DNA of 57,056 nucleotides, counting the filler, from Sphacelaria rigidula (lineage: Eukaryota), in the NCBI GenBank assembly GCA_964200075.2. It is 4 parts of 4 records of this genome, joined end to end, with 100 filler letters (N's around TTAATTAATTAA, not from the genome) between each part and the next. Parts side by side here need not be neighbours in the genome. Positions count along the whole stretch, not along the records: positions 14,292 to 28,480 come from CAXNAA020002401.1; positions 28,581 to 42,768 come from CAXNAA020002402.1; 2 more parts are not named here. The stretch is one strand, 5' to 3'. Within the stretch, counting starts at the first letter, position 1. Each line of letters starts with the position of its first letter. The notes below the pieces were generated by a model. That model made no database searches and was not told the DNA's origin. It saw nothing but the letters and a program-made list of their open reading frames with translations. Below, one piece after another: positions 24,748-37,479 of this stretch. A program made the translations under genes and the position numbers.

Positions 24748-25550
24748 GAACTCGACTGTACACCTCCACCGATGGAGGATCCGCCTCCGCCACCACTTCG
24801 ATTACCTTTCCCTCCTTTGTGATTGCGAGGGCGCGCGGCACTCGTCTGCCCAGACTCCCCCTCGGCAGGCGTTGGGTACTTGCGTGAGTAGTAGCTTACC
24901 TGAACACACTGAAAGCAAGTGATATTGGCGGCGGCACTGCCTGCGGATTTTGATCCGCGGTTACGCGAGCTCGAAGACTGCGGCGACGAAGTGCATGATC
25001 TCCCGAAAACTTCAATCTTCTGCCATGCCTGAGCCTCAGCCACCACGGTATCCATAACTCAGTACGGGTCTGACTTCCAATTGGTTTCGTGCTGTAACTG
25101 CACAAGCACGGCCTGCTTGAAGTCCGCCGGTGCCAGACCCTCCACCATCGCTTTCGTGATCACCGCAGCGGGCCCGGGACGGAATTTCCCATCGGAGGAA
25201 CGACAAACCATCTCGACGTTGCGATTTCCCGAAAAATAGGTCTCCAACTTTCCCATGATTGGCTCCACCCTCTCACGCATGGTCTTTCCCTTGTGGTTCA
25301 TGGCGACAGCCTTCGCCACGGCCGCGGACGCCCGTGTTAGCTTTACCTCAGCACCCGCCGCACGCCCTGCATGCTTCTTGATCGCTGCAGCCAATTGCAG
25401 CAGCGTCATTGTGTTCTTCTCATGGAATCTTTGGCAAAAACGCGTTGGAGGGGGGTAGGACGAGTTGCGCCATGAAAACCACCTGATGCCTTACCGCACC
25501 ACCCGCATTCGCATGCTCCACCCGCTTCTTGTATTCCATGTATTTCGTAT
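21335..25550 (-). mobile_element. Ty3/Gypsy chromodomain-bearing LTR retrotransposon, 5'-truncated, with RT and RNase H cores deleted
   Basis: gag (KYMEYKKRVEHANAGG...LAAAIKKHAG), decayed Zn knuckle CFQC, protease AVLDSGA, integrase (CLHC, VVHFDFLYV, WVSDTATHF, SNGTCER, KLMATWTGPW) and chromodomain (LVDQVGFEAEERTSEPLQNI). Confidence 0.93.
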
Positions 25551-27499
25551 AAAACGAACGGGAAGCACACTCAAAATACAAAATTCAGTAACTGGGAGGC
25601 CGCAACTCTTCTCTCAGAACAACTGGGGTTACGGTCGTCTCCGCTGGCTCTTCGGCCGGTACCTCTGTAGTCGACATTTCCAAGTGAAATGGATGCCGAT
25701 TCAAGGGATCACCTACTCTCGCTGTCGAAGGTTTAAACCCATTTCTACATCATCTATACGGGAGGCTGGCCTCGTACGAGTACGGGTTTTTGCACAAGTA
25801 CAACCACTACTTGCATGGTATAGGCAGTTGTCGTGTAGTATATACTTTGTGAATACTAGTGTATACCTTGCTGTGTGCATTAATATATGCTGCACTGTAC
25901 TGTTGCACTGACCACCGTTCGAGCGGTCAATCTGCATCTCAACCAGCTACATTATTGTGTACCAGCTACCGCAATATTGTCTGGGGCTCGTCCTCCACTC
26001 TGTGTGTCAGTCTGTGTGTCACCATGTCCTATGCATCTGCATGTACCATATACGAAGTGTCCTCGAATCCTACAGTCAGAACGGTGTAGAACTTCAGGAA
26101 GAACCGAAAACACCGCCGCGAAATCTGAGGCTGCCTCCCGACCCGCCTACAAATGACGGTATACCTTGTAATAGTGTTATTGTGTTTGCTAAATACCGCT
26201 TGCATGTACTTGTTGTACGGTGGTACTAGTATTTATAAAGCACTACACTACTAGTACTATCGCCATCATCCATCGATCAGGGGGGTATCACGCCCTCAAA
26301 TTGCGGGACCCTCCCTACCCCTCCCTCCTACGGCCTCTGAATGAGGTTTCGGCGACGCATCGGGGGCCCTGGTACCGTGAACTCCCGATGCGGGGCCCCT
26401 TGCCCAATTGCCCATTGCCAGGCAAATCGAAGATGTAGCGGAACATAATTTGCTTCAATTAGTGGGCGAAGCCCGCGCAAAATTTTGAAAACCCTTTTTT
26501 TTCGCCGCGACAACACACGGTCCGCAATTTTGTTTCAACCTCAATGACACGGGACCGTTTTCCTTTCCCCCACTAGATAGCCTATATATTATCTTCTTGT
26601 CTAGACAAGCTCCGATATCAAAACGAATTTTTGCGTCGGGTGGCTTTGGTTGTCACGCATTGAATGACGGCAGCTGATTATTACCGTCACGCCGTGTGAT
26701 CAAGAGTTACTGTCTGTATTCATATCATGTTGCAATGATAACATCTGGAGCGAATGTTTTTGTTGTCGTATCAACTTTCATCATTCGTTTAAGCGGCTCC
26801 ACTTGCATTTTTGGGACGAAGACAGTGTTGAGCCGGGGATGAGTGCCACGTTTCCCACCACCACCTCCAAAATGAAGACGCGACAGAGTCAAAGAAGTGT
26901 ATACAGAGCATTATATCGCGACGAAAGCGATACACAGCTGTAGTATATATCAGGAGCTACCTTCTCATCCCAGTCTGGCTCAATTCCACCCAGTACAGCT
27001 CACAAATCAGCGATGAATACCCCTTTAAAAAGTTTCAACTATTTGTAAAAGCAAAACGTCATTTTCCAACATGCCCCTCCTTCACGCGACACAAGACTAC
27101 TCACCATTGATGAACGCCACGAGTCCGAAACTCTACAGGCAGGTACAACTCGATACTGGCCGTCGTTCAAGACTCAGCAGGCTTCAACTGAGAGTCGAAA
27201 CAGTGCGATATCTGCAGTAGATGATCTTCACTTCACCCCGACTTCTAATTTTGCGACAATGATTGTTGGCCGCCAGGAAGTCAAGCAAAGGTAGGTACAC
27301 GTTCATCTACACAGAGCAATTTGATCCGTATCGATACCTACCGTGTGCGTCGAGATATTGCCATTTCGGTAAGCGGTGTTACAACATATCAGGTGCAGCG
27401 TGAAAACCCATCGGGTCATAGGTGGTATCCGGCATCCAAGTCGAGCAGGTAGTTATTGCGCTGCGTGTTTGTGAAGTGGGGAAGATCTTCTCACGCACC

Positions 27500-28022
27500 T
27501 AGGCTTTTGCCTTTTTTCACGCGCATATAATTTCGCATAAAACAGGATTTTGCGCATAACCTTATGCGTTTTTCTACAAACATGTGTTTTTGGAGATTTC
27601 AGCATGACAAAGGCATAAAAAATAAGTTTTACGCGTAACTTGGCGCATACAGTACTCCAGAGGAATTATGCACCCTATGCTCAGCAGCTAGTAGCCGGCC
27701 ACGGGTGCTTTATGTGGGGTGGCTCGTCGAGTTAGGGCGTTTGTGTTCGTAGTTTCTTGGTCAAAACGTCGTTGCGGATCTGATACCGATTATTGTGCTA
27801 TATGTAAACTACTTTATGTTTATATGAAACTGATGAGAACATAAATGTGTCATATTTCACATCAGACGTACGTGGATGTTTTGCTTTTTATGCGCTCTTT
27901 TGTTTTCGTCGTGCATATTTCACCAAGATACGCATAAAACGGCGCATAACTTCCAGCTTTGATCATGAAAAAAAAATGGAATGGAACGCAGAAAAAATAT
28001 GCGCATCAAAAGCAAAAGCCTA
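27500..28022. mobile_element. hAT-like MITE with GCGCATA subterminal repeats
   Basis: TIR TAGGCTTTTGC / GCAAAAGCCTA. The flanking 8-mers CACGCACC / ACCGCACC match at 6/8. Many GCGCATA/TATGCG motifs lie inside. Confidence 0.7.
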
Positions 28023-28480
28023 ACCGCACCCATACATGGAACAATCAACGTTGCCCGCTGGTAGAAAGACGTTACAAACATGTGCTTGCCGTTGTCGCTG
28101 GGTTGGCGCATGGAGCGTGCTTCCGCGATCGCCGCGCATGGTATAACGCACACTCACGTATTGCCGATTCCTTGTGTCGTCAGCGAGACTGTAAGCTGTC
28201 GGAAGTAAATGGGTGATACCGCGGAAACGGCGCCAGTGTTTGCTTCAAAGCATTGGTAGTCACATTGACTGTCCGGTGTGGTGCAGACGGAGGTTTGGTA
28301 GGAAACATATGAAGAGTTGGGGGATGAAGAGCATCATCCGATGTTCCTCCAGCGGTCAGCACTTTGAACAGGTGATCCTCGACGTGGAGGATGGAAGTCG
28401 GGTGTTCCGTTTTGATCACCCGCATTCCCCCCCCCCCCCCTCACCTCTAGACTCTTGGGTTGGCGTCGAGTGGCAACGGC

Positions 28481-28580
28481 NNNNNNNNNNNNNNNNNNNN
28501 NNNNNNNNNNNNNNNNNNNNNNNNTTAATTAATTAANNNNNNNNNNNNNNNNNNNNNNNNNNNNNNNNNNNNNNNNNNNN
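28481..28580. other. Artificial contig spacer
   Basis: Identical to 14192-14291. Confidence 0.97.
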
Positions 28581-29093
28581 TCGCCACTTCCAGAGACAGC
28601 CACGTTTTTTACACTGCCTCATGGGTGTCTAACCAGGGTGTGTGTGGAGGGGGGGGGTGTCACAAACCCTGACACACGCGCCATTTGCCCACCCCCCAAA
28701 ATACGTCCAGAGGGATACGTGGCCCTCAAAAGACAGAACAAGCTCCGGAGGCCTTCGACCCTCTGGAGGAAACCAGACACTACCGCGCTGGCGGGCCGCG
28801 CACCCCTCCGGATGAATTCGCGGGTAGAAAATATGCGGAGGGATGTGCGGCCCGCCAGAGGCAAAAATAAGCCTGCGGAGTCATTTACTCCCTCTGAAGG
28901 AAACCAAAAAAGACTCTTCTGAAGGGCCGCACATCCCTCCGCAGGGCCCCATTCCTCTGGGGGCGTTTAATTCCTTTTGGGGCTCGAAAAGTTGATCGCC
29001 CTGGAGAAATTTTGGGGGCAGCCGCGGGTGGAACGGTAAGGGTGAGCTATCTCAAAACTCACAACTCGGAACACGAAAGCGAATGATGTGGCA

Positions 29094-30165
29094 TGTGACG
29101 CCAGCCAGAACAAGGACTGGTGGATCACTGCTGTTGAGGGACTCCCCCGTCCTACTGGCTTCACTTTCAGCGTTCAGCCTTCACAACATATTATTATCAT
29201 GAAGTGCCGTTCCAAGGCACCCTCCTAGACACGCCAGGGTATAAACCTAGTGTCCCGGTCATTATCCAGATCATCACTACGAACTCAACGCAACGACGTA
29301 ATTTCCTCACAGTACCTCCGAAGCGCGTTGGACAAAAATCAATCAGTAAGCTTGACACAGAAAACGCCAAAACGATGAGTAAGTCATAACTGAATACCAA
29401 ACTCACTCGTAATGCGAACCGCAATGCCACGAGTCACGCGCAACTTGCGCAACTGCTTCGTAGGAAATTCCGGAGTGGCCTTAAACAACATCCTTAGAAG
29501 GCTCCCACGTACGCTCCTTAATATCACAAGCAACCCAGTCGACCAACAAGATCAATTTACAATCGTCTGCTTCTGCCACTCGGACAATACCAGCCACCTT
29601 AAATTGACTCCCATGGAAAGCATACTGGAAGACGTCCTCAATGTCAGCCGTAATATTGAGCTGCGAGTCTGCATAAAACGCAAACGAGCTATACGGGTGG
29701 TCTGGACACGACCCGAAACAATGTTCTGAATCTCAAACACGTGCGGGTGATGAGCCCCAACCACTCTCCATGGACCAGTCCACGTGCACGACCAAACATG
29801 ACGTGATGCGGTGTACTGTCGTAACAACTACTATATGTTGTATTGAGCGCCCATTGCACCACCGGCGACACGTCCACACACTCGGAAACCGCTCTATACT
29901 GCTCGAGAATAATAGAGCAAAGAGCACGAACTACTTTCTTGACGTCGCGTTCGCAAGTACCGTTAGACCACGGAGGATACACCACTGCAACTGGTGATCA
30001 ACGTGCAAAGCCTCTCGCAATCGGGCTAAGATCGCATTCTTGAAATGCGTGGCGGTATCACTCACCCACACACGCGGCACTCCCAAAGTTTTGCACCAAT
30101 GGAGCAAGGATGCAGCAGTTGATTCAGCAGTACACACTGCTACCACTGGTTCCAGAGACACGAAA
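29094..30165 (-). mobile_element. Second, more decayed copy of the 21335-25550 Gypsy family (3' LTR 29094-29311 plus integrase/chromodomain remnant)
   Basis: TGTGACGCCAG...CCTCACA LTR. WCKTLGVPRVWVSDTATHFKN, WSNGTCER and TWTGPWRVVGAHHPHVFEIQN are nearly identical to copy 1. Confidence 0.9.
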
Positions 30166-30339
30166 TGCATTACTGTAATTACTGCTATGATATGGGGGAA
30201 TGCACTTGCAAGCCGTGTACGGAATTACACAGCAGAGGCCGAAAGGTTCCCGTCCTGCCCAACTTATTTGATTGAGAGGCCGGAGGGGTTTTCGACAATC
30301 TCTGCCTCTGAGTGTCATACGCTGACAGAAGCATAGTAT

Positions 30340-30660
30340 GTCGGATTTGGCAGCAGAGGCTGCTCGCAAGTCCTTTTTTCGCCAAATATCCGGTAAAATG
30401 GATGGGAAAAACGAGGAGTTTCGAGAATCCCTTGCTGTACATCTCCAACATGCTAGTGTGTGGGATCTTACAGCAGGGGCTGTCCGGGATAAATCCTACT
30501 TTTCTCTATTGAGAATATCAATGAAAACAAATCCGAATTGGGAAAAACGAGGATTCGAAAGAAAGAAATCGATTGAAATCCTCCTTTCCTCAGTCTGGCA
30601 TTGAAAAAGACAGAAAGTATTCAAATTGAGGAAACCGAGGATATACCCCGAACAGCTCCC
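30340..30660 (+). repeat. Degenerate ~100-130-bp tandem/dispersed repeat, also at ~40605-40900
   Basis: The shared unit is GGATTT..CAGCAGAGGCTG.TC.....TC.TTTTT.GCC.AAT...GAGGAT. Confidence 0.5.
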
Positions 30661-30661
30661 A

Positions 30662-30921
30662 ACAACGTTTTCGTGAGAGCGGCTTTGATCATCGCTTTAA
30701 CTAAGCCAATTTTTCATTCCGGGTCTGCTTTTCTTTGTCTCTATCACTAGCGTGTGCTTACAGCTACACGCCGATATCCTACTCAGGGATATCAAGGGCC
30801 TCAGTGGCGAGCTACAAAATAAAGCATATCGGGCCTCACGGAGGTGCATTTCGGAACTGAAACTATTCAGTCACTAATTGACTGCTTTTCAATCTCGATC
30901 GTATCCTCTACTCTCAATCTC
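30662..30921. mobile_element. MITE, same family as 7855-8150
   Basis: The interior is collinear, with ACAACGTTTTCGTGAG and CTCTACTCTCAATCTC ends. Confidence 0.7.
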
Positions 30922-31489
30922 TGCGCTGTGCACAATTTCCAAATATTCTGTAGCAAGAATGGGCCTTCAGGAACATGCAATCCAGAGGATTTCGATGCTG
31001 GCACAATATATCAGACCCCGTCATGATGTTCACTCACACAACAAGGTGCTGTGTCAAGCAACCCTCTACAACCTCGCACATCGTGTGTGTGCATATCTTA
31101 GACCACCTCAGGGTGTTCACCCGCACAAGATGCTGTGTCGAGAGAACCTTATATCACCGTGCACACTGTCAAAGGTCACTTTCAGGCATCTGGACCTTCC
31201 GAAGGTGTTCACAGAGTCGTCCACAGGGTCTCCACTTTCTGAAGGTGTTCACAAGGTGTAGCAAAGTGTCAACCTGTGTTCACCAAGTTCGCGTTCCCTC
31301 ATCATATTTTCCTGCATATGCTAGCTGCAGTACAATCACATTTACCGGTACGTCTCATGCATACTGTAGCAACGATTTTCGAGTTTGTTCAGATTGCGAC
31401 TATGTTTCTTATCTGTACCTTACAGACTCTCATTACTTTGCCTTTGTGTGCATCCCAAGAACGTTTTTATAAATATATATCAAGATATC

Positions 31490-31894
31490 TGTGAACTAAG
31501 CTTCGCTAGGGGTGAGGCAGTAGATTTACGGGTCCCGAAGAGGAACATTGTCGTACCCTGCTGCCGAAGGATCTCCAGAGCGAGGCGTAATTCTCCTTCT
31601 TGTCATTTGGGCACGGATGCGACCGTGGTCAAGGGTAGGCTAGCAGAACGAGTGAACGAGGTGGTACGGGAGTACCAGCTACGTTCCACCAGGGTTCATG
31701 CGGTGACCCCGTTGGTTTTGGGCTCTTGTACGGTAGACTCGATTTGCCTAGATTTGCTAAAGATCCAGTTTCACAGATTTGAATGTTTCGAGTCCGCTCA
31801 TGTGGGTCACTGGCGGGCTCCGTTCCTGAGACTGTTTCTCCAGCTTACATGTGTATACGGATGTCATTACGCTCATACATACGTGGCCTCCACA
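31490..31894 (-). repeat. Probable 3' LTR of the Gypsy element at 31490-36900
   Basis: TGTG...CACA ends. On the minus strand it follows the polypurine tract AAAAGGGGGGGTGA directly. Only one copy is present, so the distal end is inferred. Confidence 0.65.
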
Positions 31895-34800
31895 TCACCC
31901 CCCCTTTTGATGCGCCTTAAGTCTCTCTATTCGAGAGAGTGAGGCGATCATTCATGAAGAGAATAATAACAACGTGGATTCCTCGTTGTACGTGTGTTAT
32001 GATACCATTATACTGGCCTGTGTGAGAACGTGTCATACCCTCTATACTGTCGTGTTGAGTAAACACAAGACGATAACTTTATCGACGTTCGCATCCAGGT
32101 TCGTGTAATCAGCATACTTGTGTCGGCGGTTGGTAACTTGGTCACTTGATCGCAGCATCTGTGAAACCTGTGTGATCAGTACAGATTGCGATGCCCCCAT
32201 GGACGCTGATTTATGGGTGATTCAGTGGAAAACGTCGGGTTTTGGCATGAGAGTGGGTTGTCGTCCCGCGTTTTGCTTGGACCTTCAACCCGTGGTGATT
32301 ACCGTATGATATGGTAATCCTTGTGTCTGGGGAAGATAATTATCTAGACAAAAAGAGAACGGTGGCTGTTATTTTCATGTCTGGAGTGGTGTACTTTCAA
32401 GATTGCAAAATTTCCACGGCTATCCTCGCCAATCCTCGCCAGCAATACCCTTATTTTGCTGGTAAGAGCTCAGACCTTTGGGTCGAGTCTCTTCACCGCT
32501 GATGTCCTTGTGGTCGCGCTGACCATGGCGTCAATCCTCCTTCGTCTTGATTTTATACCGAACGCGTCTGAATGTAGTGAGAAATTTGGTTTCCGCTCGA
32601 ACCGTTTCACTAACCCGTTTTCGCTTTCTCGTGTTACGAGACGGCGGGTCTGGTGAAGGCGCGCTATTCAGTTTGTGCTTAATTCTGTACGCGTCTATGA
32701 GGTGTTGACATTGGGGCACCTCGTCTACTCGATACTTGAGGTCAGCTGATGGGCCGTAACCCCTGAGTCTGAGGCGGTATTCAGAGTTGAGGTCGCTTTT
32801 TCGCCCTGGGCCTCATTTATGACCCACTATTCTGTCAACGATGTAGCATTGAATTTTTGGTTGTGCTACATCTGGGCGGTCTACCTCTGGAAGAGGCAGT
32901 TTTTTACCCCAGGGAAAGGTCGACAAGGCGATCAAAATCGGGGGCCGGTGCTTTCTCCTGTGCGTAGTATACTTTCAAGTGAGCCAAGTGTTCGGACGTT
33001 TCTCTTGCGTCGTTATCCAACCTTACTTTGTCTACTAGTGACGAAACTTGGGAACAAATAGTGTACGGACATCGCCAAGGTGACAGCAGTTTTTGATAAG
33101 GGCCGTCGGTATCCTGGTGCGGTCTGTGTAGTAATACTTTTTGTCTCGGTTCGAACGTGGGAAAATACTTGACTTCGTCATTGCTTGCTTTCTGCTTGTC
33201 TGCGAGTTCTTGCAGATTGCGTCTTGCGAGTTCGAAGGCCAGCTGTAAATTGTCTCTCTGTTGTTTCGTGTACTCTTCGACATCTGCTGCATGTCCTACA
33301 TCTTGGATGCCTAGAAATATATCAACTGGCAACTTTGGTTGCCGTCCGAACAACAAGAAGTATGGGGTTTCTTGCACCGTTGTGTTGAATGAGGTGTTGA
33401 ACGCCATTTGAACATACGGTAACATTGTTGCCCAGTTGTCTTGCTTGACTGAACTGTGCATTGCCAGCATCGCGTGTAGGGTTGAGTGTACCCGCTTTAA
33501 AACCGAGTTGCCTTGAGGTCTGAACGGAGTCGTGCAGGTTTTCTCGAATTGCAGCAGATTCTGTAGCTGGTAGATCACTTGGGTATCAAACTCCCTGCCT
33601 CCATCAGAGTATAACGTTTCCGGGATGCCGAATGTTTATAAAACTCTGTCGACGAGCATTCGTGCTACGGTAACGGCAGATTTGTTTGGGATCGGGATAA
33701 AAAGTGCGTAGCGTGTCAAATGATCCATTACGGACATATCTGTTTCAATGTGCTGAAGAGTTGGAAATCGTCTTATACTCGACCAAGTCTATGGATACAC
33801 ATTGAAACAGTCTTTCCATAGGTATATGACCTGTGGGGAGTTTTGGACGATTGTGGGCTTGTTTTCCGACGTTGACATGCCTGGCATTCTCTACACCAAT
33901 TTCGTACGTCTCTGCATATAGACGGCCACCAACACTTCGCTCTGACCTTTTTGTAAGTCGGTTTGAAACTGAGGTGGCCTCCAGATAATGCATGATCGTG
34001 ATACGAGTGTAGTACGAACCTTATTAGGGCTTTGGGTACCACTAGTTGATCCCGAAAGGTGCCTCTTTTCCGGAGATGCTCTGGCAGATAAGACCTGTAC
34101 AAAATATCATCTTGGATTGAGTGCGGTGTCGTCATTCAAATATTGAATGTAAGGGCCATATTATTTTGCCTGTTCTGCTCGCATTTTTTTGCTTGTCCAC
34201 AGACATGAAGACATTCATTGCGCTGCTGTAAACTGCCTTTACTGTGAACAACTCTCTGTCGCTTTGTACCGGTTTCAGATTATCCAAATCATCGGCAGAT
34301 AGTTGAAATGGCTGGTGCTGTTTTCCCGTGTGTAATGCGGGATCTTCTAGCACGTTACGACATATCGGAGCGAGTAGGGGTTCGACTTCGTTTTCCTGTT
34401 GTCGCTCGACTTTAAAGAGTCGCGATAGAGTGTCGGGTATGATATTTAGTTTCCCCGGTTTGTGCTACACTGTAAAGTCATATGATTGCAAAGCAATAGC
34501 CCATCTGGTCAGCATGTTGCTTGTATCTTGCATTGTATATAGGTATCGCAGCGCTGCATGATCTGTCACACAAGTGAAATGCTTGCCCCACAAAAAATGC
34601 CTCCAGCGTTGGATCGCTGAAATAGCAGCGTAACATTCTTTTAGGGTTGCAGAACAATGCTTTTGGGCAGAGTTAAAGGGTTGGCTGAGGTAGGCTATGA
34701 TCGCTTGGTCTTCGCCTTTCTTTTGCCAAAGGTGGGCACCTACCCCTTCATTGCTAGCGTCAACTTGGACCACAAATTCTTTGGAGAAGTCTGGGAAGTG

Positions 34801-36900
34801 TAAAACTGGGGCAGTTGCCGAAAGTCGTTTCACTTCTGCGAAAAACTCATGTTTTGCCTTCCAACGTTTTGCTACTTCTTTTACCGCTTCTTTCTCTGTG
34901 AGGTCAACCAAGGGTGCCGTAACTTCGGCCACATTTGGGATGAATTTTGGCACAAAGTTGACCATGCCGAGCAATGATCGTAACTGCTTGATTTTGGTTG
35001 GCTTGGGTAAGTCCAGTGTTGCTTTGATACGGCCGTCACTCAATCTGATACCATCCGCTGATAGAGTGTGTCCTAGATATTCAACGTTCCTTGGTCCAAA
35101 CTGTGCTTTCGATGGCTTTAGGGTGAGGCCCGCTGCTTGCAGTGCTTTGAACATGTCCTCAGGTAGGGTTAGGTGGCTCTCCCATGAAGAACATGCGATT
35201 AAATCGCCCATGTATGCTAGGAGGCCGCTTTTCGGTCCAAAGTGTGAGAAAGTGAGAGCCATTATTCGTGAAAAAGAAATGTGGACGACGCTAATCCGAA
35301 TGGGGGGCGATTAAAAACCCATTTACCCTTGCTCGTAACGAAGGCTATCTTCTCCCTTTCTTTCGCCGCTATTGGGATTTGGTGGAATGCATTCTGCACA
35401 TCGAAGACAGAGATATATTTTGCCCCTGCTACCGTATCGATATGAGATTCCATTTGAGTGTAGATCGATACTAGACTTTTGTTGAGTGTAGATCGATAGT
35501 CAACGCAAAATCGAGCTGTTCCATCGCTTTTAGCGACTATTGTTACCGCCGAGCCCCACGGGCTAGCCCTTTGCTCGATGATACCGTCTCTTTCCATTTC
35601 GTGTACACACTTGTCGATGACTTCCTGTACTCGCGGGTTGGCCCGGTAAGGCTGTCTTTCGACTGGCTGTGTACCGTTCTGGAGTGGGAATTCAGCTTCA
35701 CCTTTCGTGCAGCACCCTAACTCGTGCGCTGTGAGCGAAAAGACTGTCCGGTATTCCGTAAACAGGTCGAGGACTTGGGTCTCTGTTCCTGCGAAAAATG
35801 TGCGCCTTTGTCAAGACTTGGGATAAAGAGTCCATTGCGCTTCTCATGATCTACCACAGCGATGACGTATCTACAAGCAATCGGCTGAGGATTTCGTTTC
35901 GCATACACACTTGTCGATGACTTGTTGTACCCTTCGGTTGACCGTGTGGGGTAGTCTGTCCACTCGCTGTGAAACCGGTTGGAGTGGACATTTAACTTCA
36001 CTTCTCGCTCAGCGTCCTGACCCCTGCGGTGGACACGGAAAGATTATCCGGTATCAAGTTTACAGATTGAGGACTTCGGTCTCTCTGTTCCTTCGACTTG
36101 ATTTCAGCGACTGCACTGTCTACGTTTGTCTTTTCACTGTTCGGACCTCTGTCTGATGCAAGAGTAATGTATCCTAACAGAGTGTTTTCGCTCAACACAA
36201 ACGTGCCTGCTGGATGGATTGGCGACCTGAACCATAGCCGTCTTATTCACTGTTGACCATGCATATATTGCGTGCCACGATCAGACGTTTGAAACTGATG
36301 GTATGTCCAACGATTGAATTCCCTGTTCCGTGACTACGCGCGGTTCAATCAACGCAGTGAATGTCACTTCAGGAGGCTCATCCGAGTCGACGTGAAGAGC
36401 CATCTCAGTTTGCGGAGGAACAACACATTTTTTTCTGAGATATACGGGCACAAGTTGCGCCGCAGCTCTTTCTCTCTGCGTGCAGATTTGCTGTGCTCGT
36501 TCCGTTTCTTGTGTGAAGCTTTGATACTAGCATATAATTTCGGAGCGAGTATATCTCAGCTTCCCAGTCCAAAATGCCTCCACACGTTCTGATCAGTGAA
36601 TAATTAATCCGCATGTGGTCGGCGCCTAGATCTCGTAAAACCGATGCTTCGACGGGTAGGGTTTTGAGGCTGGATGTATCGTGACGGGTCCTTTCGGGTA
36701 CCGTGCCAACGAAGGCATGAGAAAAGCCATGAACGCCTGAGCCTCGGGAGTCAGAAATTTCGATCGGTGTTTTGCTTTGTTACTACATGACGGTTGAGCT
36801 GTGAAAGCTGCTTGTGGAACACTCTCCAAGTATGAAAGCTGGCTACGCAACACCCTTTCTTGAGCTTCTGCTTGACTCTATCATGTAGTTTCACTGCTTC
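31490..36900 (-). mobile_element. Decayed Ty3/Gypsy LTR retrotransposon (RT, RNase H, integrase, chromodomain-like tail), a different family from 21335-25550
   Basis: SPWGSAVTIVAKSDGTARFCVDYR, FDVQNAFHQI, YMGDLI (mutated YxDD), VDASNEGVGA, TDHAALRYL, HDHALSGGH...CRECQAC, PFRPQGNS, KLLSPWRCPY and YRLRLRGYGPSADL occur in RT-RH-IN order. Confidence 0.93.
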
Positions 36901-37479
36901 TTTATCGGGCTTCGCACACGATCCCATTGAAGAGGCTGTTGTATGACAAGCAAGTCACTTTCTCCGTGTTAAACGGTAATTGTTCCAGGTAAAGATGCAG
37001 CCTTATCCAGGTGCTACATCCACTAGAATGTGACCGAATGATCTTTCAGAGGGAGTATGAGCAGTTCCGATTACCAATCAACAGCCACTGCTTACAAGCA
37101 ATTGTGCGGCAGGTTGCACATGTTTGACGTGGGATGAAACGTTACCGATCCCTTGGGGTACTGCGCAAAATACCGCACGGTATGCCCTTGATGAGTCTCC
37201 CCAGTTTTGGACCCGTGTCCAGTGTAACGCTTTCCGACGGCTGTAACAAAGGCTGCTCAGAAATTAACTCCAAGTACGGAGGCTGGTGATGAATCATACT
37301 CATCGATAAAAACGAAATCAGATGAATTGAAAACAGCCCGGGCAATTTTCGGTGAAGGCTTTACCGTAGTATGCGAATCAACTCCGCTACTGGGTGAAGA
37401 AAAATCAGTTTCTCTCGTTGAGGGACAAGGCTCTATATTGGTCGGGGGAGACGCGCACCAACTGTGATGAAAATCGCGA

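Noticed and set aside
25056..25061. In-frame TGA between two gag ORFs as programmed read-through
   Set aside because: The stop is in mid-gag, before the Zn knuckle and not at the gag/pol border. A CGA-to-TGA type mutation in a decayed copy is simpler.
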